From a bacterium (lineage in GTDB: Bacteria; UBA8248; JACPRG01; G963555815), in NCBI GenBank assembly GCA_965261595.1, contig CBDHDG010000006.1:1408001-1472000 (forward strand): a DNA stretch of 64,000 bases, written 5' to 3'. Position 1 is the first letter of the stretch; every line of letters begins with the position of its first letter. The notes below the pieces were generated by a model. It searched no databases and was not told the DNA's origin. It saw nothing but the letters and a program-made list of their open reading frames with translations. This document shows positions 9,671-20,791 of this stretch, piece by piece. Made by a program: the position numbers and the translations under genes.

Positions 9671-10261
9671 CTAAAGACTTACCCGCCCCCCCCCCGCTGA
9701 AGCCGCCCTTTGCAACAGGGCCAACACGGATCCGGTGGGCTGATTCCGGAGGTCCAGGACGACCCCGCGTCCGCGCGCGACGCCCGCGCGACGTGAGAGG
9801 CCCCCGATCTGAAGCCGATAATATTGACTGTAGGCCCTTCCGTTGTAGACCAGGATGTAGGTTCCCCGGCCGCTCCGGAGATTTCGCGGCAGCCTCACGC
9901 GAAGCTGAGTCCCCTGCGCGTCTCCCGAAACGGCGCGGGCGAAGCGGTAACCAAAAATTTCCGTCCGGCTTCTGACACCGCTCTTTCTGAATTTCGCCCT
10001 CCGGCCAGTCGCGATCGGAACCCGGATGCGGTTCAGGCGCGCGTACGGATTGAAGTTCCGCCCCAGGATGGTGATGATCGAACCCGAGGGCGCCGGCAGG
10101 GGGGTGACGCCCGTAATGACGGGCTTGATGACCGGCGCATACCGCCGCGGCCGGGCCCGCCGCACGTCTCCGCGTTCTGGGCGCAACGGGGCGCACTGCC
10201 GGGGATTCGGTCCTCGCCAAATAGAAAGGCTGAATCTTCGTCTTTCCGCGTTCGGATCCAT
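9671..10261 (-). CDS. Basic IPT/TIG-domain-like protein (start uncertain)
   Basis: PVITGVTP.PAPSGSIITILGRNF is a typical IPT/TIG N-terminal motif. Confidence 0.55.
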   Translation of the reverse strand: MDPNAERRRFSLSIWRGPNPRQCAPLRPERGDVRRARPRRYAPVIKPVITGVTPLPAPSGSIITILGRNFNPYARLNRIRVPIATGRRAKFRKSGVRSRTEIFGYRFARAVSGDAQGTQLRVRLPRNLRSGRGTYILVYNGRAYSQYYRLQIGGLSRRAGVARGRGVVLDLRNQPTGSVLALLQRAASAGGGRVSL

Positions 10262-10368
10262 CCAATCTTTTGATTAGAGTCATTGTGTGGGTCGGGTTCT
10301 TGGAAATTACGTGTCCACCGGGTGCAATCCGTATGCCGCCGAGCGGGTCCAAATCCCTTCAGCCTCAA

Positions 10369-11226
10369 TCACGAACTGACGGAAAACGCCACGATGGCGG
10401 CGACGGAGAAGCCCAAACCGACAAGCTTCGGCCGGGTCAGGGGCTCCCGCAGGATGACGGCCGCCCACCCGATTGTCACCAGGAAGCTGAGCTGGGCGAT
10501 CGGGACCACCACGCTCGCGAGGCCGCCGCGCCGAAAGGCATAGAGAAGGGCGCAGAACGCTATGGCCTTCAGGAATCCCGTGATCGGAAGGAAGATCCAG
10601 TTGTTCCTCGGCATCGAGAACCTTTTCCGGGCCGCCGCGAGCACCGCCGCGCAGGAAGCCCAGGAGAAGGCGGCGAAGGCGATGAGCCATCCTACGTTCG
10701 CGCCGTCTCTGACGCCGATCTTCAATAAAATGTTCAAGACAGCAAAGAGGACCATTCCGATGAGGGCCAGGGCGATGGACCGGCGGCCGCCCGCGATTCT
10801 CACTCCCCCGGCCCGTTCCATCAGCGTCACCGAGCCGATGGCCAGGATGGCGAAAACCAGCCCCGCTCCCATCGACACGCTCCAGCGTTCTTCAAGCCAC
10901 AGCGTCGCGAAGACGGCCACGAAAACAAAATTCATCCGGAAGATCAGCGTATTGACGCCGACCTCCCCCGTTTTGAGAGAGGTGACGAAGCAGAAGATGG
11001 CCCAGAAAGAGACGACCCCGGCGATCAGACCCATGATCACGGTGGTCCAGTTCAGAAAGAGATCACCCAGGAGCGCGCCCATAAGCATGGCCGCGGCCGC
11101 GAAGGGCACGGTTTCAACCATGAAGTACGTCTCCAGGACGATCCCCCGGTCTTGCGCCCGCTTATAGACGAAGTCGGAAGTGCCCTGGGCCAGCATGCTC
11201 AAGACCGCCAGGAGGAGGTTGATCAC
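10369..11226 (-). CDS. EamA/DMT-family transporter
   Basis: About 10 TM helices in two repeats, LREPLT...G ending. Confidence 0.85.
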   Translation of the reverse strand: MINLLLAVLSMLAQGTSDFVYKRAQDRGIVLETYFMVETVPFAAAAMLMGALLGDLFLNWTTVIMGLIAGVVSFWAIFCFVTSLKTGEVGVNTLIFRMNFVFVAVFATLWLEERWSVSMGAGLVFAILAIGSVTLMERAGGVRIAGGRRSIALALIGMVLFAVLNILLKIGVRDGANVGWLIAFAAFSWASCAAVLAAARKRFSMPRNNWIFLPITGFLKAIAFCALLYAFRRGGLASVVVPIAQLSFLVTIGWAAVILREPLTRPKLVGLGFSVAAIVAFSVSS

Positions 11227-11357
11227 CTTCGCACTCCCGCTCAGGGAAACTCAAAGGCCGATACCCGGATAAAGCCCCACGGAAAGACAAGAGCAATTGC
11301 ACCCATCGAATTTTTCATTCAAGGAGGTATTTCGGGGCACCGCGATTCCGGCGGGAG

Positions 11358-11768
11358 TCAAGATGCGTTTGTGTAGTCTTCTTCCGAAACCGCCTCCATC
11401 CACTCGGTCGCCCCGCCCATCGAGTGGGCGATGTGGTCCATTCCCTCTCCGGGCGACGCCCCGTGCCAGTGCTTCTCATCCGGCGGGATGTAAACGACGT
11501 CTTCAGGACAGATGACCTTGGCCTTCTTCCCGTTTTCCTTCTCTTCCCAGGTCTGAACCCACCCGGTCCCCTTCACAACGTGCAGGACCTGCCCGGCCGG
11601 GTGCGTGTGCCAGTGCGTCCGCGCCCTCGGCTCAAACGAAACAGTGACCACCCGCACCAGGATTTTCTCGTCGATACTCACGAGCGGGGTCATTCCCACC
11701 CGACCCGTGAAATGCTCCCTCTCCTCCGGGACCGCGCGCGGGGCGTCCTCTTTCGGAACAATTTTCAT
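11358..11768 (-). CDS. Cupin domain protein
   Basis: FTGRV, FEPRARTHWHTHPAGQ, HWHGA, WMEAVSEEDY. Confidence 0.9.
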   Translation of the reverse strand: MKIVPKEDAPRAVPEEREHFTGRVGMTPLVSIDEKILVRVVTVSFEPRARTHWHTHPAGQVLHVVKGTGWVQTWEEKENGKKAKVICPEDVVYIPPDEKHWHGASPGEGMDHIAHSMGGATEWMEAVSEEDYTNAS

Positions 11769-11828
11769 ATTCCCATCCTTATTGCGAGCACCAAACCGAT
11801 TCGCATACAAACAGCTCTGGCGACCGCC

Positions 11829-12620
11829 TCAGAAAGCCGACTTGATCATGCCTCCGTCCGCGTAGACCGATTGGCCGGTAATGTAACCCGCCTGATCAGA
11901 GGCCAGGAAGACAACGATGGGGGCCAACTCTTCGGGCTCGGCGAATCGCCCGAGAGGGACGGCCTTGGAGATCCGGCCGAAGAATTCCTCTTCGGTGATC
12001 CCCTCCTTCTCGCAGGCGGCCTCCGCTCGGGCCCGCCACCGGTCGTTCATCAACCGGCCAGGATTCACACAGTTGACCCGGACGCCTTTGGGCGCCAGCT
12101 CATTGGACAGGCTCTTCGAGAAGTTATTCATTGCCGCCTTGGCCGTATTGGACACGATAGCATTTTCGCTGGGCTGCAAGCCCGAGACCGAGCCGATGTT
12201 GATGATGCTCCCGCCCCCGGCCTCGATCATATGGGGCACGACGGACCGGCAGCACCGGATAACCCCCCGGAGATTGACCGCCAAGTTCGCGTCCCAGTCT
12301 TCCTCCGGAAGATCGAGGAAGGCTCCCAGGTGAGACTGCCCCGCGTTGTTGACGAGGACGTGGATGCGGCCCAGATGTCTCACCGTCTCCTCCGCCATTC
12401 GCTCCACGTCCTCCGCGACGGTCACGTCCGCTGTGATGGGGAGCGGTTCAACGCCGGTCGCATCGGCCATTGCTCGAGCCGCTTCGGCCAGCCCATCGGC
12501 CCGGCGGGCGGCGATGGCGACACGCGCGCCCTCCACCACGAAGGCCTTGGAAATGGCGAACCCGAGATTCTCGCTGCCTCCAACGACCAGGACGCCCCGG
12601 TCCTTCAGGCCAAGATCCAA
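11829..12620 (-). CDS. Short-chain dehydrogenase/reductase (SDR)
   Basis: TTG start MDLGLKDR; GGSENLG, NNAG, SNTAK (atypical YxxxK), ADGG. Confidence 0.9.
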   Translation of the reverse strand: MDLGLKDRGVLVVGGSENLGFAISKAFVVEGARVAIAARRADGLAEAARAMADATGVEPLPITADVTVAEDVERMAEETVRHLGRIHVLVNNAGQSHLGAFLDLPEEDWDANLAVNLRGVIRCCRSVVPHMIEAGGGSIINIGSVSGLQPSENAIVSNTAKAAMNNFSKSLSNELAPKGVRVNCVNPGRLMNDRWRARAEAACEKEGITEEEFFGRISKAVPLGRFAEPEELAPIVVFLASDQAGYITGQSVYADGGMIKSAF

Positions 12621-12640
12621 TGTCCGTCCTTCAAGCTCGA

Positions 12641-13507
12641 TCAGGAAGCGACGGCTTCCGGAACGGGAAATTCGTATAAGACCTGTCCGTTCCCCGCTGC
12701 GCCGCAATACTCCGCAAACGGTACGGCCGGCAGGTCGTAACCGCCTCCCCCCAAGAGGCCGTAGAGCATGCTGAAATCCGCCATTCCCGTCTCCCCGGCG
12801 CAGGCTTCCCGGTAAACCGGAATCATGCTGAGGACTTCCCGGTGATGGCCTCGCTCCAGCAATTCGCATACTCGAAGATCGACTTGGCGGTTGAACTCGG
12901 AGGAGACCTCCCAGCGGTGGGCCATGACCTTGTCGTTGGACCAGAACTTGTGACTCAGGGCTCCGCTCGCGATGAAGGCGACCCGACGGTCAAATTCGAT
13001 TATGGTCTCGGCGATGATCCGCCCGTACTCGAAATTCTCCTCATGGGTTGCGTTGACGTTCGCCCCGAGGGGCACAACCCCGAACTTTCCATCCGCGTTG
13101 AGATAACGGAGGGGAACCAGCGCCCCATAATGGAGATGGAGGCTCTTTAATTCGTGGGCGTGCGTGATCACGCCTTTCGCAGTGGCGGTTTCGGCGATGG
13201 TGACGGCCAGCCCCTTATCCCCCGGGTAATCATAAGCATAGTCGTGAATGACGTGGGGCTGCTCATCCGAGGTGTAAAGAGCTTTGTGGCGCTCGGCGGC
13301 GTTGATGTGATAGTTCACTGTGTTGATCCAGTGGGTGTCCACAATCAGGATGGTCTCGACACCCAGATCCTCCATCTTCTTGCCCATCCTGCGCATGCCC
13401 TGGCGGAATTCCTCATGCATTCCCTCCATCGGCTCATAAACGCCCTTCTCACCGGCATAGATGGAAGGCATGTGCGCAACCTTTGCGGCGTATAAAAGTT
13501 CACCCAT
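12641..13507 (-). CDS. LigB-type extradiol dioxygenase, 3,4-dihydroxyphenylacetate 2,3-dioxygenase (HpaD)-like
   Basis: AAKVAHMP, DTHW, YDYPGD, YGALVPLRY, ASGALSH, GNGQ match the HpaD pattern. Confidence 0.8.
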   Translation of the reverse strand: MGELLYAAKVAHMPSIYAGEKGVYEPMEGMHEEFRQGMRRMGKKMEDLGVETILIVDTHWINTVNYHINAAERHKALYTSDEQPHVIHDYAYDYPGDKGLAVTIAETATAKGVITHAHELKSLHLHYGALVPLRYLNADGKFGVVPLGANVNATHEENFEYGRIIAETIIEFDRRVAFIASGALSHKFWSNDKVMAHRWEVSSEFNRQVDLRVCELLERGHHREVLSMIPVYREACAGETGMADFSMLYGLLGGGGYDLPAVPFAEYCGAAGNGQVLYEFPVPEAVAS

Positions 13508-13846
13508 TCCTTATTTCCTCCAGATTGACCGTTATTCCCCTGGGAACCTTTACCACGGCCCCCGAGACTGACTGCAAAAAATGAGACCGGTCGAAACCCG
13601 TTCCTGATCTAAAATTCACCGTTAGCATAACCGCCAAAATCCCTCAAGGGCGGGTCCGATTTGAGATACGATGAAGAGCGTTTTCGACTTGATCTGTCAT
13701 ACCGGATCAGCCGACAGGAGGTCGGGTTCAGGGCAGCCCTTGGCTGGTTCGGAATCACAGGTTGAGAGCGTGTTGCCCCCTCCGGAAAGAGACCCCCATA
13801 GCGTTTTTCATCAACCTGCCGAATTTCTACGCCGGCGCCTTCCACG

Positions 13847-15151
13847 TTATGCGGCTTTCACCTGCTGAAGCGAGGCTTTCAGGATGTCCATGGCCCTATC
13901 GATATCCGCCGTATCGATGTTCATCGGCGGGGTGATCCGGATGGTGTTGCCGTGGATCCCCCCCTTGCCGAGGAGCAGCCCCCGCTTACGGGCCTCTTCG
14001 AAGACCTGGTTGACCGCATCGGGAGCGGGCCGCTTGTTCTCCCAGACCAACTCAAGGGCCTGCATCAGCCCCATCCCCCGTACGTCGCCGATGATGGGGA
14101 AACGCTCCTGGAGCTCCTCCAAGCGGGTGCGCATGTGCGCGCCGGCCAGCTCGGAGTTGTGAACCAGCTCCTCGCTCACGATCACGTCGATGGTGGCGCG
14201 CGCCGCCTCGGTGGAGACCGGGTTGCCGCCGAACGTCGAGATCGTCAGCCCCCCCATGTCGTCGGCCACCTCGGGGACGGCGACGGTCGCCCCGATGGGC
14301 GCGCCGTTGCCCAGCGTCTTGGCCATCGTCATGACCTCGGGCTCGACGCCGAAGTGCTCAATGCCGAACATCTTCCCGCCCGTCCGCCCGAATCCGGTTT
14401 GGACCTCATCGGAAATGAAGATCCCGCCGTATTTTCGGACGATCTCGACCGCCACCTGGAAATACTCCTTGGGGGGGACGATGAACCCGCCGACGCCCTG
14501 GATGGGCTCGGCGATGAACGCGGCGATCTTCCCACTGGTGGACGTCTGGATGACCTGCTCCATGTCCCGGGCGCAGAGGAGGTCGCAGCTCGGATAGGTC
14601 TGCTCGTAGGGGCAGCGGTAGCAGTAGGGGTTGGCCAGGTGCACCACGCCCCCCATCGTCCCGGCCCCCGTCATCCGCCAGGGCGCCTGGCCCGTGAGGG
14701 ACATGGCCACGCCCGTCCGCCCGCTGTACCCCGAGCGCAACGCCACCACTTCGTGGTTGCCGGTGTGACTCCGGGCCGCCAGGACGGCGGTCTCGTTGGC
14801 CTCGCTGCCGCTGTTTGTGAAAAAGGATTTCTGAAGCCGGCCGGGTGTGATCTGCGCCAATTTCTCCGCCAGGTGAACATACGGCTCGGTCAAATAGAGG
14901 CTGGAGGTGTGCTGAAGCTTCGCGGACTGCTCGGCGGTCCGACGCACGACCTCGGGATGGCAGTGCCCAACGCCGACGGTCAGGATACCGCCGAAAAAGT
15001 CCAGGTATTCGCGCCCGTCCGAGTCGATGAGCGTCGCGCCTTGGCCCTTCTCGATGACGAGGGGCTCCTCGTAATACGTGAAGGCCGAGGGAAAAACGAA
15101 CTCCTTCGCCTTGTCGCGAATCTCCTGGGATTGATTGGTGGAATCCGCCAT
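13847..15151 (-). CDS. Class-III aminotransferase (AGXT2/beta-alanine-pyruvate-like)
   Basis: NSGSEANE, FIAEPIQGVGG, DEVQTGFGRTG, MAKTLGNG, TFGGNP. Confidence 0.92.
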   Translation of the reverse strand: MADSTNQSQEIRDKAKEFVFPSAFTYYEEPLVIEKGQGATLIDSDGREYLDFFGGILTVGVGHCHPEVVRRTAEQSAKLQHTSSLYLTEPYVHLAEKLAQITPGRLQKSFFTNSGSEANETAVLAARSHTGNHEVVALRSGYSGRTGVAMSLTGQAPWRMTGAGTMGGVVHLANPYCYRCPYEQTYPSCDLLCARDMEQVIQTSTSGKIAAFIAEPIQGVGGFIVPPKEYFQVAVEIVRKYGGIFISDEVQTGFGRTGGKMFGIEHFGVEPEVMTMAKTLGNGAPIGATVAVPEVADDMGGLTISTFGGNPVSTEAARATIDVIVSEELVHNSELAGAHMRTRLEELQERFPIIGDVRGMGLMQALELVWENKRPAPDAVNQVFEEARKRGLLLGKGGIHGNTIRITPPMNIDTADIDRAMDILKASLQQVKAA

Positions 15152-15219
15152 GATGAGTGTCCTTTTCGATTGGGGAATGCGCGGCCTGAATTCCAACGAA
15201 GATTTCGTTGAGGGCGCGT

Positions 15220-15683
15220 CACGCCATCGGGTTAACCGTCATCGGTTTCGCTTCCGAATGCGGAGGGCGAACGCCCGCGGGTTGAATCGTCCGCGAACCG
15301 ACGAGTTCAGCCGGACGTCCCAGTCCATGAATCGCTCCACGCGGGGGCCATCCAGAGGAGAGCTCTTCCTTCTCGCGCTGGGTCGACACCAGAACCTTGA
15401 GATCGAGCAGATTGGAGCCCTCGTAGCGGTGAGCGTTCTCGATGACCGCAAGGTTGACGAGCTAGGTCTCGAAGGTGTTCTCGAAGACGTGGTCCACCCC
15501 GGCGAATCCCTTCTGCAAGTCTCCGAATGACGGGTGAGTGCGGCGCGAGATGTTCCGGGCGGCATCGTAGATGTCGTCGTTGGGCTCGTGGATGACGGGC
15601 GCGCCCCCTGCGTATTTCGCGGTCCCGGTGACCTTGTGAAGGCCGTCGTTGCGTGGGAGCCGCTTTCGGATGGCCGTCGTCAT
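15220..15683 (-). pseudogene. Remnant of xanthine-dehydrogenase-family Mo-binding subunit
   Basis: PRNDGLHKVTGTAKYAG and 'GD..KGFA..DHVFENTFET' motifs joined by a large deletion, then a stop. Confidence 0.7.
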
Positions 15684-15875
15684 GAGGATTCTCTCCCAAA
15701 CGAGAGGACAGGCTGAAAGACGGGCGCTTTCGCGGAGAGCGACCGAGAAACCCAATCCTCCGAAAAGGCGCAAGGGGCGGGGACCGGCTCGTGGAAGTCA
15801 CAAATCGGCCAACACCCTCCCCCTATCTCCGAGAAGATTCTAGCCCACATCGCCCCGGGCGCGCAACGCACGCCG

Positions 15876-17060
15876 TCACTCCAACCCCGAATCCCTCACC
15901 ATGCCCAGCAGCCGCTCGCCAGCGTCATGAAGCGTCTCGTCCTTCTTGGAGAACGTGAACCGGATAAAATCCCTCCCCCCCTTGCCCTTTCCCCCCATTC
16001 CCGGCGAGTGATAGAAGCTGCTCCCGGGAACCGTCGCCACGCCGTGCTCGCGGACGAGGCGCATGGCGAAGTCCACGTCGTCCGAAGCCCCGAAACCGGA
16101 AACGTCCGCCATGATGTAATAGGCCCCTTGCGGCTCGATGAACGGGATCTCCGCGCGCTGAAGGTAACCCTGCAACAACTCCCGTTTGGCCTGGTACATC
16201 GCCGCGAGGTCCGCGTAATACGCGTCCGGCAGGGAAAGGGCCGCCGCCGCGGCTTCCTGGAGGGGCGCGGGCGCGCCGACGGTCAGGAAATCGTGGACCT
16301 TCCGGACGCCAGCCGTCACTTCCTCGGGGGCGAGGACGTACCCCACCCTCCAGCCGGTCACGCTGTACGTCTTGGAGAGGCTGTTGATCGTAATGGTCCG
16401 CTCCCGCATCCCATCCAGCGAGGCCAGGCTGACGTGCGGCCGGCCGTCGAACACGATGTGCTCATAAACCTCGTCGGTGACGGCGAAGATGTCGAACTCG
16501 ACGCAAAGGTCCCGAATGCTCTCCAGCTCGGCCCGGGTGAAGACGTGTCCCGTGGGGTTGTGGGGGGTGTTGAGGATGACGGCCTTCGTCGCCGGGCCGA
16601 CGGCGCCGCGGAGCTCCTCGGGGTCGAACGTGAAATCGGGCGGCCTGAGGGGGACAAACCGGGGGACCGAGCCGCTGAGGAAGGTGTCGGGGCCGTAGTT
16701 CTCGTAGAATGGCTCGAAGATCACCACCTCCTCGCCCGGGTTGAGGATCGCCATGAGGGTGGCGATCATCCCTTCGGTGGCCCCGCAAACAACAGTGATC
16801 TCCGTCTCGGGGTCGGGCTCGAACCCGTTGAAACGGGCGGTCTTGCGAGCGATCGCCTTGCGGATGTTGGGGCTGCCCCACGTGATGGCGTACTGATTCC
16901 AGCCGTCGGTGATGGCCCGGCGGGCCGCCTCCTTGATCTCCTCCGGCCCGTCGAAATCGGGAAACCCCTGGGCCAGGTTAACGCCGCCGTATCGCATACA
17001 CTCCCGGGTCATGCCCCGGATGACGGACTCGGTGAACCGCCCGACCCTTTGAGAGAGCAT
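15876..17060 (-). CDS. Class I/II PLP aminotransferase
   Basis: NLAQGFPD, NTPHNPTG, DEVY, SLSKTYSVTGWRVG. Confidence 0.93.
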   Translation of the reverse strand: MLSQRVGRFTESVIRGMTRECMRYGGVNLAQGFPDFDGPEEIKEAARRAITDGWNQYAITWGSPNIRKAIARKTARFNGFEPDPETEITVVCGATEGMIATLMAILNPGEEVVIFEPFYENYGPDTFLSGSVPRFVPLRPPDFTFDPEELRGAVGPATKAVILNTPHNPTGHVFTRAELESIRDLCVEFDIFAVTDEVYEHIVFDGRPHVSLASLDGMRERTITINSLSKTYSVTGWRVGYVLAPEEVTAGVRKVHDFLTVGAPAPLQEAAAAALSLPDAYYADLAAMYQAKRELLQGYLQRAEIPFIEPQGAYYIMADVSGFGASDDVDFAMRLVREHGVATVPGSSFYHSPGMGGKGKGGRDFIRFTFSKKDETLHDAGERLLGMVRDSGLE

Positions 17061-17120
17061 CGAGTTTCTCCTGCAACATCGGGATCCCAACCGGAATTCC
17101 GAGACGCCGTCTGATCGAAT

Positions 17121-18536
17121 TTACGGAGGGCCGTCTTCAAAAACCGGATGGGAGGGGGGTGGATCGCCCGGCCGGCCCACACATGTTTCGTATGCGGAGG
17201 GATCGAAATTCGGCGTAGACACGCGCCGATACCCGTCGAGCTCCCCCGGGGGGACGGTCGCGTCCAGGACCATCTTGGTCCGGACGCCCCGCGAGACGGG
17301 AACGTACTCGTGCCCGCGCGCGCCGGGGAAGAGGATCAGGTCGTCCTCGGCGTTGAACCGGGTGGCCACCGCCCACTCCACCTCCTCGGGGTTGTGCGGG
17401 TCGATGTCCTCGTCCACCAGGGTGATGAGGTCGATGTCCTTGAGCGCGGCCACGGCGGCGAATACGGCGTTCCGCTGTAAGCCTTCGTCCGCCGGCCGCT
17501 CCTTCTTGACCTGGATGACCAGGTGGAAGCGGCAAAGCCCTCCGGTGGTGAGACAGACGTCCTGGACGATGGGCACGGCCGCCTTGGCCATGCTGAGGAT
17601 GCCGGGCTCCATCAGGGGTTTGCGGATCACGCGCACTTCGCTCCCGCTGATGTCGTAATAAATGGGCCGCTCCCGGTGGGTCACCGCGTGGATCTCGAAA
17701 ACCGGCGATGGGCCCTGGGCGGCGTAAAGTCCGACGAATTCCAGAAAGGGGCCCTCCGGAACCCGTTCGTGTGGAAGCATCAAGCCCTCCAGGACGATCT
17801 CCGATTCGGCGGGGACCTCGAGGTCCACCGTCAGACACTTGACCATCTCGATCGCCTTCCCCTTCAGGCCGGACGCCCACGCCAGCTCGTCCCGGTCCAG
17901 GGGGATGTGCGCCCCCATGCTGGCCGCCGCGAAGAACAGCGACAGGTCCGGACCGAGGACCACGGCGATCTCAAGCCCCCGGTCCTTCTCTTCGGCCCGT
18001 TCATACAGGGTGCGCAGGTGCCGGCCCAGGTCCAGCTGGACGGCCGTCCGGTTCCCCCCCAGGAGCTGGAGGCGGTGGAAAGAGGCGTTCCGGACGCCGC
18101 CGCCGTCTTTGGTGATGACGATCCCCCCGGTGACGAAGCGGCCGGAATCCACCGGCATGTGGAAGGGGACCGGGAACATCGCCCCCAGATCGATCCCGTC
18201 CGTCACGACGACCTCCTGGCACCTTCCCTTTTCCACCTCGACGGGAGGAATGGGGTGATCGATCGCCCGCTGCACGGCGGCGCGAAGACCGTGGAGGTCC
18301 ACCCCAAGGGCAACCAGGGCGTTCTCCCGGCTGGCCAGGAGGTTGCAGCAAACCGGAACTTCCCACCCTTCGACCTGCTCGAAGAAGATGGCCAGGTCTC
18401 CGTCGCGATTCTTCACAAAGGCCGGAAGATCCAGGTGGGGATTGATGGGGCTCCGGACGCGCATCACCCGGCCGGCTTCGTGCAAACGCCGGATGACGGA
18501 CCGAAAGGCAGTGTCCAGCTCACCGAGCCCGCTCAC
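17121..18536 (-). CDS. UbiD-family prFMN-dependent (de)carboxylase
   Basis: RNASFHR, EIVLEG, EGPFLEFVG, VDEDID, WAVATR; GTG start overlaps the cupin stop. Confidence 0.9.
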   Translation of the reverse strand: MSGLGELDTAFRSVIRRLHEAGRVMRVRSPINPHLDLPAFVKNRDGDLAIFFEQVEGWEVPVCCNLLASRENALVALGVDLHGLRAAVQRAIDHPIPPVEVEKGRCQEVVVTDGIDLGAMFPVPFHMPVDSGRFVTGGIVITKDGGGVRNASFHRLQLLGGNRTAVQLDLGRHLRTLYERAEEKDRGLEIAVVLGPDLSLFFAAASMGAHIPLDRDELAWASGLKGKAIEMVKCLTVDLEVPAESEIVLEGLMLPHERVPEGPFLEFVGLYAAQGPSPVFEIHAVTHRERPIYYDISGSEVRVIRKPLMEPGILSMAKAAVPIVQDVCLTTGGLCRFHLVIQVKKERPADEGLQRNAVFAAVAALKDIDLITLVDEDIDPHNPEEVEWAVATRFNAEDDLILFPGARGHEYVPVSRGVRTKMVLDATVPPGELDGYRRVSTPNFDPSAYETCVGRPGDPPPSHPVFEDGPP

Positions 18537-18883
18537 CGATTCCCTCCGATCACGAAACGCAGGAAGCGGAACCCCTCGTCCCCGCAATCGGTGAAACGGC
18601 AACTCTCACCTGGATCGGCATAGACGACGTGTCCCGCGCGGACCGGCCGGCGCTCGTCCCCCAACCGGACCTCCGCCCGCCCGGCCAGGACGTAAAAGAA
18701 CTGGCGTTGTTCATCCGATTGGAAAGGCGGGGACGAAGCGCCCCCCTCTAGATCATGGGCCTCTCCGCCGACGTGTTTCGCCCCGACCGATTCCGGGGAG
18801 ATGATTTTTCGCATCGTCGCGGCCCCGGCACCGCCATGGACCGGGAAGGCCGGCAGGTCTTCGATCCGGATCACGTGAACCAT
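18533..18883 (-). CDS. Cupin domain protein
   Basis: Cupin beta-barrel pattern FYVLAGRA..G...V.AG.VVY; metal ligands degenerate. Confidence 0.7.
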   Translation of the reverse strand: MVHVIRIEDLPAFPVHGGAGAATMRKIISPESVGAKHVGGEAHDLEGGASSPPFQSDEQRQFFYVLAGRAEVRLGDERRPVRAGHVVYADPGESCRFTDCGDEGFRFLRFVIGGNR

Positions 18884-18915
18884 CCCCCCCCCTCCCCCCT
18901 TCCCCCCCGCTTCTT

Positions 18916-19350
18916 TCAGCTCTGTGTCCAGAGACGGCCGTCGGTATGAAACCAGCGCAGGTCTACGTCTCCCCCTTCGAGGATCACGGTCTTGAAGCGG
19001 TTCGGAACCTGAAATTCCAGGAACTTCAGGGCGCTCCCCTCCGTCTTCATCTGGTGCTTTTCCCCTTCGTGGATGAAGATGAGGGTCCCCGGACCAACCG
19101 GGATCTCGCCCTCTTCCGTCACGACGACCCCGCTTCCCTCCAGGATCAACTGAAAATGCTCACACCCCTCATGATAATGGTAGGGGGACGCGGTCCCGGG
19201 CTGATAGGCCATATTGCCCGCCAGGAATTCGTCCGTCCCGGCAAGCGCCGGGCTAACGAAAAACACCCGCTCCCGCCCGGGACGCTCGGACACCAACCGC
19301 TCCAATTCGGATTCGTGGACGATGTACCCCAACGGCGACCCCCGTATCAA
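18916..19350 (-). CDS. Cupin domain protein
   Basis: YHYHEGCEH..ILEGSG..GEKH. Confidence 0.8.
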   Translation of the reverse strand: MIRGSPLGYIVHESELERLVSERPGRERVFFVSPALAGTDEFLAGNMAYQPGTASPYHYHEGCEHFQLILEGSGVVVTEEGEIPVGPGTLIFIHEGEKHQMKTEGSALKFLEFQVPNRFKTVILEGGDVDLRWFHTDGRLWTQS

Positions 19351-19582
19351 AGAGTGAGTCGCTTCCCTCCCCCGAGAGGGGATGAAGAATGGACATTCCG
19401 CTCCGCTAGTCTAGTCCGCCCCCCGATCGGAAGGCAAACGCGGGAACGGACGCGACGCCCGGAATCCGGGGGGAATCCAACGTCAATCCCCCCCCGTACG
19501 CTTGAGGGGCTCAAGAGATGGGGGTGGTGAGCCGATAAGGATAAAAATGGTGCGCCCAAGCACAAAAAGGGTGATGGGTAAA

Positions 19583-20760
19583 ATGGCTAAAGTCTACAAA
19601 GAAGGGATCGATAGGCTGACGGATGCCGAGATGCGCGAGCTGGTGGGGCAAGAGGACGAATCCGTGGGGGATGAATTGGAAAACCCGACGGACCAACCCA
19701 AACCGACCCTCGACCGCGGCAAGCTCCGGCCGATTAAAATGAGTCTGATTGCCGAGTTTCCGGTTCTTCCATTCCCGATTTACGTCCATTCGGATTCCGA
19801 GCAGGGTTTTTCCCTCCTTGTTTCCAAAGGCAGCCGGTTCGGCGAGAGCATTCAGAAAAGAATTGAAAGGCAATCCAAAGGACCGAATCTACGTCCAAGC
19901 GAAGGACTATGCCCTCTACGCCGCTGAAACCGAGCAGACGATCAACCGCCTGTTGTCCGATCCCAAGAAGGCCGCCCGGGAGAAGGTGCCTTTATTTTTC
20001 TCTTTCGCGACAGAGCGCCTGACCGAGGTGTTCCGACGGGTTTCCGAAGAAGGCGGCGAGAACGCGACACTCGTTCTTCCCATCGCGGAACAGGCGCTCG
20101 ATTTAATTCAGCAGGATTGGAAGGCGGCGTTTTCGCTCCTCCGGCTGGCCCAGACGGACCCTCAAGCGTACGCCCACGCCCTCAACGTTTGCCTGTTCGG
20201 CTTGAGCTACGTTCACAATTTCCTTCCGGGGTTTTCGGAATGCGACCTCAAGGAAATTGCTTTGGGATTTCTCAGCCACGACATCGGAGAGCTTGTGGTC
20301 TCGAAGGAATTATTGAACCAACGCTCCACGCTGAACCCCCTGGAGCGCAAGATCATCCAACAAATTCCATTGCATGGCGTGAATGTTCTCAAAGAGGCGG
20401 GATGCGACTATCCACTTGCGGTTGACATCGTCATGAACCATCACGAGCGGGTCGACGGCCAAGGCCTATCCTCGAGGCCTATTTAAACATCGAATCCCCC
20501 TCATCGCCCAGGTCTGCGCCATCTGCGAGTCCTTCGACACCATGACGACCCCGCAGCTTTATCGCCACGGGACCCACACCGCCTTCGAGGCCCTCAATCA
20601 TATGTCGAGAGAGAGGCCCGGGCAGTTCGACCTTCGCATTCTCAGCAATTTCATCCGAATGATGGGCGGCAACCTGCAACCCAAAACGAACGGAACGCCC
20701 GTAAACGGATCGAGTGTAAACGAATCGGACGCCTCGCCCGTGATTGTCGGAGCCCGATAA
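19583..20760 (+). CDS. HD-GYP c-di-GMP phosphodiesterase-like protein, frameshifted near 19870 and 20465
   Basis: HALNV, HDIG, HHERVDG.G(YP), 'A.CESFD.MTT...Y' and FD motifs spread over three frames. Confidence 0.75.
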
Positions 20761-20791
20761 CCGCTTCAGGGTCCGCCGCCGCCGCGCGCGC

